A stretch of DNA of 64,000 bases from Lingula anatina (lineage: Eukaryota > Animalia > Brachiopoda): the NCBI GenBank assembly GCA_051362555.1, contig CM120643.1, positions 8,556,001 to 8,620,000 on the forward strand, in the 5' to 3' direction. Shown here piece by piece: positions 22,276 to 36,420 of this stretch. Within the stretch, counting starts at the first letter, position 1. Each line of letters starts with the position of its first letter. The position numbers and the translations under genes are program-made. Below the pieces are notes generated by a model, which searched no databases, was not told the DNA's origin, and saw only the letters and a list, made by a program, of their open reading frames with translations.

Positions 22276-25200
22276 TATTTAACTCAGTTTTGGTTAAAAG
22301 TTCATATTTTCAGCAACGACTACTGCACAGAACGGCAATTTCTACAGAACGTTTTTTTGCATAAGGGTGCAATGCGTACGTGATATAGGCATTTACGTTA
22401 TATACGTACCAATAGCACTGCTTAAACTTGCAACATATCTATAATCTAATTCAAATAATTAATTGTTTACACTCCTAAATACGAGAGCTACCTGACTCGA
22501 TAACAGATAAATTATAGAGGGCAGATTTCGTTAAATAAACATCTTTTTGCGAAACCCAGTGTGAAAGAAATTTCAATAACTTGAACGTCTGACGTCATAA
22601 TTTATAGATCATAGAAAAGAATGGCGACCCGGAGACGACATTGCTGCAGTATCTGCGTGAAATACGTATCCTTTTGGACGTGCAACATACGGAACCATCT
22701 GTGCATAAAGTTATAACATAGCGTGAAATTGTACTCATCGCACTTCGTCGTTTGCGAAACCATGATCAGTTTAGCTGACGGCACTCAGGAGAGACCCCAC
22801 AGAGTTGGATCGGTTTACGTGGACCGATTGTGTCTGTGGGAATGTGCCCTTTCTCGTCTCTCTCTTTTCCTTGGTACAAATGTTTATCTGTCCTTTACTC
22901 CACGTATCAGTGCGTCTTCCTGGCACCAAACTTGGCTGTGGAGAAGGAGGATGCGGTGCATGCACAGTGATGATATCAAAGTACGACCAGGAACAGGACG
23001 AAATATTGTATCCTTACACGTTACTGTTATTTCCATGGGTCTTTCCTATGAAACCTTTATGATAAGTTGATTTTATACAGATTTATTTTCCCTAACTGTT
23101 GACTTGTCATTATGCATCCAATGCTTGTCTTGTTCCAATATGCTCTCTCCATGGTCACGCTGTCACTACAGTGGAGGGGATTGGTAGTACGAAAACGAGG
23201 CTACACCCAGTTCAGGTATGGTGTGAAAAGGAAGAAGACGTACTATGAATAAAAATAAAAAATCATCCCTGATACATCTTTCATTCAAAATCAACCGTAC
23301 CGGTATGGTCAAATTGAAGTTGTATATAATGCTTTTAAAATATCATATGGCAACTGTAAACAGTTATAAGCAAATAATAAATTTTGAAATTATACCGGTC
23401 TTCAAGAAAATGTAAATCACTGAGATCTTTCATAAAACCTTGCTTTACTTAAATTGCCATACTTAAATCACAGTACGGGGTAAAGCCGTATGTTATGTTA
23501 GGAAGCTGTTTGTTATTTCTTTGATGACGATATCATTTGCCATCTTAGGAGATAATAGCCAAGTCCCACGGCACACAGTGTGGTTTCTGCACTCCAGGTA
23601 TGGTGATGTCAATGTACACGTTACTAAGGAATAAGCCAAAGCCAACAGAGGAGGAAGTGGAAAACATATTTCAAGGTACCGACTAAAACCATGTAATCCA
23701 ATCCTTGAACATCCGCGGCATAATACACAATAGTTATACATTTTAAAATTGAAATATCTTGAATATTCATTGCGCAGTGCCCAAAGCGTGTGTAAACATG
23801 TTAGTACTGAAGATGCATATAATAGTAATACAAGTCAATTCTTTTGAAAAGTGACTCTTGTCCTGTCCACGACTGATCATGCCGATTGTGATACTTATTG
23901 ACAAGCTCACTGGAATTGTCATGTCATTCAGTCACACAGTTCTTGTTCCTGCCATCGAATGGGTGTGTAATTGAACATTAACCCACGCTTTTAAAACGTC
24001 GATCCTTTCAGGAAACCTTTGCAGATGCACTGGCTACAGACCTATCCTTGAAGGGTTCAAAACATTCAGCAAAGACGAACCCTGTTGCATGGGATCCAAA
24101 TGTTGCAAAAACCAGCTAAGTAACGAAGGACAGGTTCTTGGTGCCGCTGAACCATGCGAGTTTGTGCCCGTCGATAGAACACAAGAACCAATATTCCCTC
24201 CTGAATTGAAAGTAAGCACAGAGATGTTTATTGTGAGAAATATTGAATTTACATTCCATCGGTCATGTCTAGTCAATTTAGTCCCGTGCCGTGTCTAGTC
24301 AACTGAACCCCGTGACGAACAATATTAAAATGCTACGGTGTGAAAAAAAAAATGTTGCATAGTTAGACTATTTTGCATTTTTTTACCTTTGCAGATTTCG
24401 AATGGGTTTGGGACAAAATTTTTAACTTTCAAGAGTGAGAGGGTTACCTGGTTACGGCCTGTGCTCTTGAAGGATCTTCTGGAACTGAAATTCAAATATC
24501 CCAATGCTAGGATTGTTATTGGAAACACAGCTGTTGGTAGGTGAAAAAGATTCTATTCCATCCCAATATCACATATCTTGTTGCATTTTGTATTTTGTAA
24601 AAAGGCTTGTCTAAGTTAAAGAGGGTTGTATTTTAATGTATTCCAGTAGGCCGCATGATAGGGAATTGATAGACTCGTTTTGATATGTATTGACAATACA
24701 TATGGCCTTCTATATATGTGGGCAAAGAGGAAAAACGTAGATGGTGTTGAAGGCTTTGTTATCAAATACTTTGTCGTTAGTTGCATCTCTTACAATGTGT
24801 CTTTGTGAAGGGCATAATGTGTTTTACTCTCTACCAGACTGCGTAACGTTAATTTTGTGCAAAAGTTCTCGCTGAACCTCTCTGTTTTACTGTCAAATAG
24901 AACCAATTATTTTTACCCAGTAGTAAACCCTTTGTCTTCACAGAACTTTTATCTCTGCGAAGTGCCCTCTGCTTAACGCACGTAGCGCACAGATGATCTG
25001 TCTCCACTCATTTCTGGTAAATAAGTCAAGTGATTTGGAAGGGTTTTCCAAAACTGTGCCCCTGAAAATCCTTTCATTCAGTGGAGCTAGCAGTTTTAAC
25101 TTCAAAGGTCGGAGCATTTAAATATCTTGATTGCCGTGAAAGGGACTTGTTGGGGACTTGCTCAGATTTCATCACAGGGTCACAGCGCAGAAATGTGTAC

Positions 25201-28200
25201 ACAATTTGGCTGGAAAATATATGTTAGTAACTAGCGATATATCAATCGTTGACCCTGGTATAGGTACGTTTGTTAGCATTTTTTGTATTCCAAACAGTTG
25301 TTCGTTTATGGATATTGTTCTACTAACCCAGGGTTGGATACAAAATACAGAAAAGCACATGCCCAAGTTATGATTGCTGCAACACACGTGCCAGAATTAC
25401 ATGAAATCGCAGTGAGTGACACCGGGATCCAAATTGGTGGCGCAGTTACCCTTGCGAGATTTGGCGAGATTTTGACCGAAGCCATCAAGAATACAACAGG
25501 TAGACAATACATGATGAAAAAATTTTCAGTGCTTTTCTTTTAATACAGTATTCTATGAAAACTTTCATTCAGCTCCGAAGTGTTTGAAATTATTTACACT
25601 TTGATAAAATGGTCAACGTGAATCCTCCTTAGGACGATATGTAACAAAAATAATTCTATGAATAAAAAATAACATTATTTATTAGGCATTTATAACGTTT
25701 TTATTAACTTTAGAAAGAGTGACCTTGGTGTTTTTTCAGCTTCACTTTGGTATGTTGTAATCGAAACCAATGTCTTTGCAGAATACAAATCCAAGACCTT
25801 GGCAGCCATGCGGGGAATTATTACTGGGATTGCAGGACATCAAATTCGTAATGTAGCCGTGCGTCTCTCAGCTGTTTGTTTTTCGATTTATATTGTATAA
25901 CAAACACGTGCATTTTTTTTAGAAAAAATTTGCCGTAAACGATAACATATAAGCAATATTACCCAGAAAGAAACAATGCTATGTATTGCAAGAACACCCA
26001 CAACAAGATGGGTCTCTTTTGACATAATTACCAGTAAAAGATACCTAAGCCGACAACCTGCCCTATTTCATATATAAAAACCAACGATACAATTGAAAAC
26101 CAATTTGATTTCAGTCTTTGGCTGGAAATATTTTGTGGGCACATCACCATTCTGACCTCGTTCCTCTCTTCATGGCTACAGGATCCACGATAACCCTGAT
26201 ATCGAAAGGTACATGTAATGCAGTCTCCTCACACACCTTATGGGTTCATGCTTAGGACGATAACTATCTTCTTGCTCGGAAACATTTTCAATTATGGTAG
26301 GGCCTATATGTATATACCACTATTGACATAAGTGCTGTCATTTTGAAGAGAAGCGTTCTATGCGTTAAGTGAACGCCAACAAAAATATTGAGTTCTGTTT
26401 TATCCAGTTACGTAGTGCTTTAAGGATATTGTTACCCTTCGCCAAAATCTCATTATTCACTGCCTTACATACATTATTTTGGATAACAGATAAATCTTCT
26501 TCTATCCTTAGGAATTTGCTTCTGTGCACGATCAGAATATATATTTCAATGAATATTTTTATGTACATATAATTAAATTTTGATTTTAGAGGGTGGCCAG
26601 AGAAATGCTCTTTTAGACAACACTTTTTACACAAGGCGCGGAAATTGGAATATTAAAGCCGATGAGATTGTATTGTCTGTTTTCATCCCTTTTTCCAGAA
26701 AGGTCAGCCATATTTTTGCTTTATCAAGTTATAAAGATACAATTTGATAGATTTTCGCAGTTTGCAGCTTGCGATAAAATTATCATGATGCATTGAAAGG
26801 GGCGATTCTACCGTTATACAAGACATAATGGCTTATTTATCTATATTTTGTCAGTGTGAATGTTGTTTTTGAATTAAGTCATACTATGACTTACATGCAT
26901 GTGATTGTTGAAGGTGGAAATTTTTAAGATCAATTTAAAATACGATTAAAATTTTCCAGAATGAATTTGTGTTTGGATACAAGCAGGCACAGCGCAGAGA
27001 AAATGCAGCAGCAATAGTGAACGCTGGGATGAGAGTCCTATTTGAAGATGATACCGATATTATTAAAGAAATGTCAATTGCCTTTGGTGGCATGTCTGAA
27101 ACATCTTCTTTGGCCCTAACAACAGCTAAGAGAAGTGTTGGAAGGTACTGACGTGGTTTCTTAACTAAGGCCTACATATGAAAAACTACGAGTAGATACG
27201 GGACAGACCAATAATAGTTTTAGTTACTGCGCAATTTAATGCTAAGCCTACACTTTCATGTATAAAATAAACAGGTGAAAATGTATACATTAGACGGGTT
27301 TGCTTTTTATTACAAATGGAAAATGTATGTTATGACCAAGGCTGTATACATTTTCTTATAATTTTCAGGTATCCCATTTTTGACGTTGCTGAGAAAACGT
27401 CAGAAATTTCTCAAAGAGGTTTTTTTTCTACTAATCATCTGTTTTGCATAGACCCATTTGAATTTGCGACTGACCTTTATTTAGTCTCTGCAGATATGTC
27501 AGTCTTGCTGTCTAGTTATAACATTATTTTTTGTTAATTTGCCCTTTCTTGAGTCCGATTGACTGCGAACTAAATTGTGTTAGAATAACCTGTAAATTTT
27601 TCAGAAAATGGGAAGATCAGCTAACATCAGATGTAGTCCAATGGCTGGCGGAAGACTTTCCTTCATCACCAGAGGACATTGGTGGTCAGATGGCCTACAA
27701 GAGAGCATTGGCTTGCAGTTTCTTTTTCAAGTTTTTCCACAGGGTGCAATTAGAATTGCGCAAAGGGGTACATTCACAATTTCTTACCTACATGTACAAA
27801 TTTGTAGCTGGCCAAAATAACTAGTTTGAAAAGAAATCTAGTTAAAGGGCAAAATATGTGCTACGCAGTTAGTAAAACACCAACACCACTTGCATTTTCT
27901 ATTTTCTGTTTGTTGTTATCAATCTTTTAATATTAAAAATATTTCAATATCGAAATTAAAAAAAAAAAAAAAAAAACAGACATAAAAACAAAGTGGACAT
28001 ACAATTACAAATTGAAAATAAATCACTGTTCAACAGAATTACGTAGCACGCATGTATTTCATGACTCAATAAAAAACGATTAAAGCAGTTTAGCAAATTA
28101 AGCTATTCAATTTACAACCCCAAATCCATTGTACATTTCAGTCTGGGATGGAAGGTGCAATAGTTTCACCCCGGCACACACTGGCACTTCCTAGTCTGAC

Positions 28201-28487
28201 ACGTGGTATCAGCCGAGGTACACAGGTGTTTGAGGAAGTCCCTCCTGACCAGCCAAAACACGACGCAGTTGGACGCCTACTGCAGCACAGGGCAAGCTTG
28301 CAACACGCCACCGGAGAAGCTCAATATTGTGACGATATGCCACTGGTTGACGGTATGTTTTGCAGCTCTCGGTTTATGTGGTGATTTTTCTTTCAGAATT
28401 TGAAGATTATTTTAATTATTTTAACTAAACTGGGGTCAACACCACGTTTTATTTCGACCCCCGGTCAGGTCATTTACCAGTGCAAAG

Positions 28488-28505
28488 TATCTATCTATCT
28501 ATCTG

Positions 28506-28540
<35 letters not shown>
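28488..28540. repeat. (CTAT)n microsatellite upstream of the exon-15 acceptor (also ~49365-49400; compound CTGT/CGTT/CCAT at 10522-10570 in copy A)
   Basis: Directly visible. Confidence 0.9.
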
Positions 28541-31500
28541 CTGTTTCACATTTGAGTAGGTGAGTTGCACTTGGCATTGGTGACCAGCACCAAAGCCCAC
28601 GCCAAGATCCTCTCCATTGACACTAGTGAAGCACTTGCTTTGCCTGGAGTAGAGGCCTTCTTTGGCCACATGGATGTACCAGGTTCCAATATTAGGATAG
28701 TTCTGTCAACTGGGGAGGAGATTTTTGCTTCAGAGGAGGTAAGGTAGTGGTATACTTATACATGTACCCGGTAGATTGTTGAAACGACTACTTATTTGGG
28801 ACTTGTGTGTATGCATTTCACAAAAATATTTTTTCTTTCAAAAGTCTATTTTCTCTGGATTAGTTTGTATTGCTGAAATCGGGCAGCCTGTGATGTAGAG
28901 TCGACTATGGGCCAATGTTTAAAGAGCATAGATTGATGACTTCAATGAAAGTAAAAACCATCATTGCACTACTATGTACAATTCGCGTAGAATCAAGGAG
29001 GGGCTTGAGAGGGGGGTTAATCCCATATTTTTTACAGACGCTTGCAATGTAATTAATCAACACAACAGGAATTAGTCTAGTTTCTGATTAGTTCGCCTCC
29101 CATCTTAAAATTTGCTCCCTACAGTCCTGTACTTCAATATTGTAGGTGACGTGTTATGGCCAGGTGATAGGTGCCATAGTGGCTGACACCAAGACGCATG
29201 CGCAGAGAGCAGCGAAGGCCGTAAAAATTGAGTACGAAGACCTTCCAACAGTGTTCACAATAGAGGTAAGATATCATGGAAGTAATTAAGAATTTATATT
29301 TATGGTTAATGAATGTCTCTTTGGATATTGTAGTAAAAACAAAGTGAAAATAAGTCTACTTTTTGAACTACAGTAACTTTTTCATCACTTAGCATTACCC
29401 TTAGCAAAATGATAAATTTAGAACAATATTGCAGCAAAATTGCTGCAAACAAAAAATTTGCGTCAACGAGTTTGCAGCAGGTTGCAAGAAATAATTTGTT
29501 GCTGCTAGTTTGCAGCATTATTGCAGCAAATTTACTGCAGATTTGCAAGAAAGAATTAATTGTAGTATGCAGCAATGTTGCAGCAAATTTGCTGCAGTAT
29601 GTAATTTAGGTTTAAAAATTAATAGACGGCCAATTTATAGGAAGCAATTGCCAAAGAGTCTTACTACCCACACGAAGCGAAGGCTCTCATCAAGTCAGGT
29701 GATACAGAACGTGGCTTTGAGCAGGCTGACCACATCTTAGAGGGGGAGATCAAAGGAGGGGGGCAGGAACATTTTTATCTGGAGACTCATGTGGCGAGAG
29801 TCGTACCTAGAGGAGAAGATGGAGAAATTGAAATATTTTGTAGTACGCAGTCTCCGTCCACTGCTCAGGTAATGTTACAAACCGCCTCTCAATACTTACC
29901 GTAATCGTGACGTGTTCTTAACAGGATTGCACTTTGGACTACAGTTACTATTTGTTGTCATAGGTCGCACTCTTTATATACTATCTAGAAAACGCTGGAG
30001 TTAATGGTTTTGTGCATGTACAGGAGTCAACAATAAAATTTATTTTGTCTATATGTCTATATCTGCTTTATTCTTACATTTCTTGAAGGCAATTGTTGCT
30101 AGAGCCCTTGGCTTACCGATGAACAGAGTGTGTATCAGGACAAAAAGGCTAGGTAAATATTCAAGACGTGTAAGTCCTCAGACCGACGTCAATAACTTTT
30201 CACTTGGATAGAGTATTTGATCTTTAGTCACATTCTGCGTAAACATAGCTGTTCTTAGCATACACGTGGAAATCCATTGGTATGGTGCACCGTGTTTGTG
30301 ACATGCGCATGTTGCATCTATTCTGTGACTTTATGAAACTTGTTTCATTTTGGAACTTTGTGGCAGAGCTATTTTGGAATTTGTATCTCTACAGGTGGGG
30401 GTTTTGGAGGAAAGGAAACCCGTTATGTGACTCTGATACCTGTAGCTATCGCTGCTTTCAAGTGAGTGGAACCTGACTTTTATATCCAATTTTGCCGCAA
30501 GTTTCGATTCGCATTCAAAGCTTGTTAAAATGTGAAATGGCGTAACCAATTATCCCGTACACTCTACACAGATGTTCAAGTTGGGAATCAAATAAAATGA
30601 AATAGAGAAGACACTATGCAAACCGACACTATGTGTAATATCATGCCAGCGTGTGATTTGTTGTTTTACATGCATACACAGGTTGAACCGGCCAGTCCGT
30701 GGTATGTTGGATAGAGACGAGGATATGCTGATATCAGGGGGACGACATCCTTTCCTTGGAAAGTACAAGGTATGTTGCCATTTGTTTAGAATCTACCTCA
30801 GTTGCTAGCTGAATCCACCGTCATTTTGGACTCGGAAGGACTTCTTTTAAGTTTCAAATATTTACCCTCTGACCTACATGCACGAGTAAAAAAAATTCTG
30901 TGTCAAAATATTGAAGATATCATGTATACCTTGGTATGTATCAGACAATGTTGCTGATTTTTTTTGTAGTGTTTTGATGAATTTCAGGGGTATTTAAGCA
31001 ACTCAAATAATTACCTTTTGTTTGTGTAAAACAACTGGTGTGATTCATTTCATAAATAAATGAAATTATTCAAGCAGGAATTGTTTTTATCTTGTCTTTC
31101 ATTGTCACGAATCGAAATGCTCGTTTTAGGTTGGCATTGACAGCGTTGGTCGTTTCTAAGCCTTGGAGGCCACAGTTTTCTTGAATGCAGGAAATACTTC
31201 TGATATGTCACCGGAAGTGAGTTCAAACTCCTGAATGTTTTCTATATTAATTGCAAGATACTGATCACAAAAGGAAATGCATACATGTAAATGACTACAA
31301 AATAAGTGTGCGATGTTTGCATACACGATTGTATAAACTTGTATACACTTTTGTATACACAGTTTGTATACACTTTTTTGTGCTACAGGTCGTCAGTGCA
31401 TCACTATACTGTTTTGACAACTGTTACCATATTCCAAACATTGTACTAACTGGTATCCTGTGTAAGACCAACTTGCCCTCAAACACGGCATTCAGGGGGT

Positions 31501-34160
31501 TTGGTGCCCCTCAGTCAATGCTGGTCATGGAGAATATAATTGAAGATGTCGCCGTCAGTCTGAATATTCCCTCACACAGGGTAGGTATAAAATGTAACAA
31601 ATATATGTTTAAAAAAAAGCGGGGATTTTTACAGGAAGACCTTACTTGTGCTCTGTTCCAGAGTTATCACTTTTATCACACAGATTTAACTTGGTTATTT
31701 GGGATATTTACAGTAGTTATGCTTCCCTTATTCACATTACGACACCGTAAACTGTTTATTGTAACTGGATCAGGCCCTAAACTCTACTTTTGACTAACCC
31801 AGTACGAACGTACAACTATAATGATATTAATTGTATTATAACCTTAATATTTTACGCAATATAACCATTCAATATTGTTTTCATTTGTTGAAGGTCCGTG
31901 AGATAAACATGTACAAGGAAAATGACCTAACGCCAAAGGGTATTCGACTGATAAACTGTACTATAGACCGTTGCTGGAATGAAGTCATCGAGCAGAGTGG
32001 ATTTTGTCATAAAAAAGAAGACATTGCCCAATTTAACAGGTAATATGGCATCAAAAATAGCATAATCGCCTTTAAAAGTACTCCACATTAGGCACAGCAG
32101 TCGAGTGATAATCAAAGGGTTTGGTAGAACGCTAGGGGAAATCAGTGTGGATCCCTGTTGAGGAGACATAAAGTTGTAATGTTTAGCGATTATTTGCTCC
32201 ATTTTTACAGAGGCGGTCTTTAAAAGCGTTGCCACAGTGTCTTTTGTTACGTTTTACCGCTGCATTTGATAATCTTGATCAATTATGACATAAGTTGCAG
32301 ATTTATTTGGAGAGCAGTCTAAGTCAATTGACACACAACTACATATTTTTGGAGTAACGGATGGATTTAAAATGTACAGTAGATTATATTATAACTGGCT
32401 TGAAATTTGTTGGTATGAGTAGGGACTACCTCCATACTGTCTGCATTTTCAACCGGTCGCTGAAACGGTCTGAAGAACTATCGACATCATTATATTATAT
32501 TTTGTTGGATCTACATAACCTTAGATTGCGTCAATTTCGTAACACTAAACTAAAAGATATATTGTGCTTTATCTGGTCAGACTTCAAATGATCTGGCTGT
32601 ATTTTCACCTAGGACTGCTCAATATTACAGAATAATTAACTTTGATAAAAATCAATAACACAATGAAATTTTCAAGGTTAACTCTGCTTTCAGAGACAAC
32701 CGATGGAAGAAGCGCGGAGTTAGCTTGATTCCAACCAAGTTTCTGATTTCTTTTTATAATAATCGATTTCTAGAACAGGTAGATGAATCTATAGAATGCC
32801 CCCTTATGTCATTACACTGGTACTTGTCTCTCAGTATATTTTTAATATATTAATCTATTTTTTACATGCGCATTATGTGTCACGTTAAGCAGCCCTTTTT
32901 TGCGTATTTAGTTTTGTTAGTTTATTTTATTTTCAAAACTAAATAGCATATTCAAATAAGATGTCCTTTTCGGTTATTTTGCTTATAAATAAATATCGTA
33001 CTTTAAAAGCGACTGATATAGACTATAGACATTGTCTTACAACTTATCTCGTTTTGTCTGATTACTAGGGGGCAGCACTTGTTCATGTGTACCAAGAGGA
33101 CGGTTCAGTTCTGATAACACATGGTGGTGTAGAGATGGGACAAGGATTACACACTAAGATGATACAGGTGTGACGATATATAAGTTGCAGACTACCCGGT
33201 AGTATACCCATGAATGCATGCTTTTGCTTTGTTTTTTTTTAATAAACAGGAAAGGTTCATCGGTTGTAAGGCAGTGTAATGGGTATTTAGGCAATTTAGA
33301 GTGTAGTGAGTTTGGTGCCATCAAATTGATAGGCTGATAATGATGAGATTACTGACATTAGTTTTACTTAAATTTCCTAAGTTTTTGGGCTTGACTAATA
33401 TCGATTTAAATTTATAGACATATTCGCTAGATTGTTCTACGAGTGTTAAACAGAGAATCTGTTCAAAATAAATGTAGTTGGCATACCTTAAAGTGACTAT
33501 GACCACTGAGACAAAGGCGATTGTTAAGATTTATATTTTCTCTTGATGTTGATTTAAAAGAAGGGAAAAGCTGCATTCTAGATTCTTTGTGAATCGCAAG
33601 TCGGTTTAAGACAAAGCACTTAATTTTCTGCAGGGTTCAATAAAGGGCATATTCCCCTAATCGCCTACCCCCACTCAGAGGTATGTATTTTGGGCATCGA
33701 ACGTAGGTCGAGATTGGAGTACGCATTGTGCTTCTTGGGACATCTACCCATTCTCAAATTTGGGGGGAAAGAGAGGGTAATCCCCATAATATTTTGGATC
33801 CACTCCTGGTATTCATATTATTATCGACACATCTTTATAAAGGTGGTATTACCCTTCAAGGTTGCCAGTCGAGCATTACAGGTCCCAGTCCACAAGTTCC
33901 ACATCAATGAAACCACCACCAGCTCTGTTCCTAACACCACTGTCACAGCTGCCAGCACAGGATCGGATCTCAACGGCATGGCTGTATTGGTGAGTTGAAA
34001 CTGTGGGGCCGTGCACATCTATAGACTGAGCAAAGTGCTTGGGAACAGTTTATGAAGGCCTACTGCGCATGCAAGCGCGGCGTTTGAACCACATGCTAAT
34101 AGACGTCGTTTAAAGGAAAAAAAAAAAAAAACAGGGAAAGGCTAAAGCTTATACCCTTTT

Positions 34161-36420
34161 TATGTACAGACACAGATGTGTCTGTACATATGGCCGTCAC
34201 CTGCGTTTCACCGATAACACCATAAGTGAAAAACCGTTTTAACTTTTGGCTTGAAAATTACAGAACTGATGAATATTCATAACATGCAGGCCAAGTTCGA
34301 AAATCAGCCTGATCGGGCCATTTTTATGGAAGTTATGTTGTTTTTTCACTTTTTTCAGCATGTGTGCAACACTGATAACACGATAAGTGAAAAATCGTGT
34401 TACCTTTTGGCTTAAAACTTACAGAACTGATGAATATTCATAAAATGCAGGTCAAATTCGAAAATCAGCATGATCGGACAATTTTTATGGAAGTTATGCT
34501 GTTTTTTCACTTTTTTCAGCATATATGCAATACCGATAACACATTTCAAAGAAAATCAATCGGCCAATTGTTTTGAAATTCACAGGGGTGATCAGTCTTA
34601 CTGAAATACAGGATAAGTTCGAAAATAAGCTTGATCGTTCCAGTTTTGGTGAAGGTATGCCTTTTTTGTATATAAGTGTTTTTTCCACAGATTTAATTGT
34701 TAGACATGTTAACAATCTCATTTGTGATCTAATTAGTTATGTAAAGGTGTTCTTTCGACATTTTCTGCATCTTAACAATATTGTTAGTTAATTATGTAAA
34801 AATGATGGTAAACCTGTTATTGTGTATTGTGTAAAAAGTGTCAAAAATGGAAATAAACTCATATCTAAATAGAGTTTGTCATATTCAATCATTCACCATG
34901 TTCAGAATCTCAGAATGAAGCAAATTGGACATTTAAAATTGTTTTGTTGATTTTCTTAGTTGATCATTTAAAAATGACAGTAAATTGATTATTTTGTTAT
35001 ATGTAAAAAAGGTGTTGAAAGTGGAAAGAAAATCAATTCAGTACAGTTATCTCTTGTTTACATTTTGGCATTTTGAAGGTGTGGCTCTGAACTGCCATGG
35101 TCTTGAAGACCTTTCCATGTCACATTTTCTGAATATCCATGATAATTTTATTTTATTATTAAAATTTGTTAGTCATTATGCTGTTAAGTATTATGTAATA
35201 TTGCGTCAAAATGGAAGACAACCCTATTTTAGACACTGCCTCCATAGTGACCATGAAAGGAAACCCAAGTCACATACTCTTTCCAAACTTACAGAATGTA
35301 GCACAGGACTAAAATATAGCTTCAGTTGGAAAACCTATTATATCGGTTAACTTTCCTGGCAATTATATAGTTTTTTTTGTTGTTAGGATTAAAAATTTCA
35401 CATATGGACATTTTCAAGGTGTGACTTAGTCTTTGAACTTCCATTAGCTTGAATACCGTTGCTAGTCACATTTTCTGAATATCCATGATACTTTTACTTT
35501 ATTATTAAAAATTAATGGTCATGATGCTGTTAAGCATTATGTTATATTGCATAAAAGTTGAAGAAAACCCTATTTTGGACACCACTGCCAGGATGACCGT
35601 TAAGGTTAAGAGAAAACCATGTTACTTATGATACCCAAACTTACTGATAAGTTTCATAGGACTGAAGTGCATCTTGTGTTGGAAAATCAGTGTGTTTGTT
35701 TTCTGTTTTAGATGCCATACAGCTCTATAGAGTGCTATTTGGGGCTACTGTATATGAATGGTGGTCAGTACGGTATGTAATTGTCCCTTGGGTAATCACT
35801 AGCTAAGTTCAGAGCTATTAAATCACTTGCCTAATTAATTTTCAAGTGCCCATTAAATAAGATTACATAAAACACAGGTTGAGATTTTCCAGTAAAGTCC
35901 CAAAGGTTAAGCTCTCTTAACTGTGTCACATAATTAGAAATCGGTGATAATTAGGCAGGTAAATGTTGTTTAATATTGCAAATAAGTTAACAAAAGAAAA
36001 AAAATTGTGTAATGCCAATATTTATGCTATAGATGAATAATAGTGCCTTATTATTCTCAAACACATTGGAGTTATTCATATCATGTTAATACAGCAAGAT
36101 TAAAAGTTTGAATAGCAGCTTTATTAGAATATTTTTATTGTTGTTTTTTTAATTTTTTTCAAACACTGGCATTTTCAACTCACATTCACCTGAAGCTCTT
36201 CACATTTTCTATATTTCCACATAAGCAGTTGCATTGGTTTTTATGTCTTTAAACATTAAGTAATATTATTTAATGCACTGTCATCATTTTTCAAATATTG
36301 GGATTTTCATTATGTGAGTTTGATTCAGTGTTGATTGACAATGCTATTATAAGCATTATTTATTATTGCATCAAAATTGACAAAATGACCCATTTTCTGC
36401 ATTTTTATTTTGCTGCCTTG
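34161..36420. mobile_element. Helentron/HINE-like non-autonomous element with internal tandem repeats, copy B only
   Basis: Inserted in a T run; starts with the perfect palindrome TATGTACAGACAC-AGAT-GTGTCTGTACATA; three ~160-bp tandem units (34211-~34680) and a ~340-bp duplicated block (~35065-35690). Absent in A and C. Right boundary approximate, superfamily inferred. Confidence 0.7.

Noticed and set aside
22780-22860. HDV-like or hammerhead ribozyme, or a known Moco/purine riboswitch consensus
   Set aside because: The pseudoknot order is superficially HDV-like, but there is no P1.1/L3 or catalytic J4/2 motif, no CUGANGA/GAAA core and no recognisable bacterial aptamer consensus by eye. Kept only as an unclassified structure.
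29306-29740. Overlapping Cys/Gln/Ala-rich ORFs
   Set aside because: Artefacts of the palindromic MITE repeats and off-frame reading of exon 17.
31157-31159. Recoded stop (selenocysteine or readthrough) in copy B
   Set aside because: The codon is TAA replacing Lys in one copy only, with other signs of decay.
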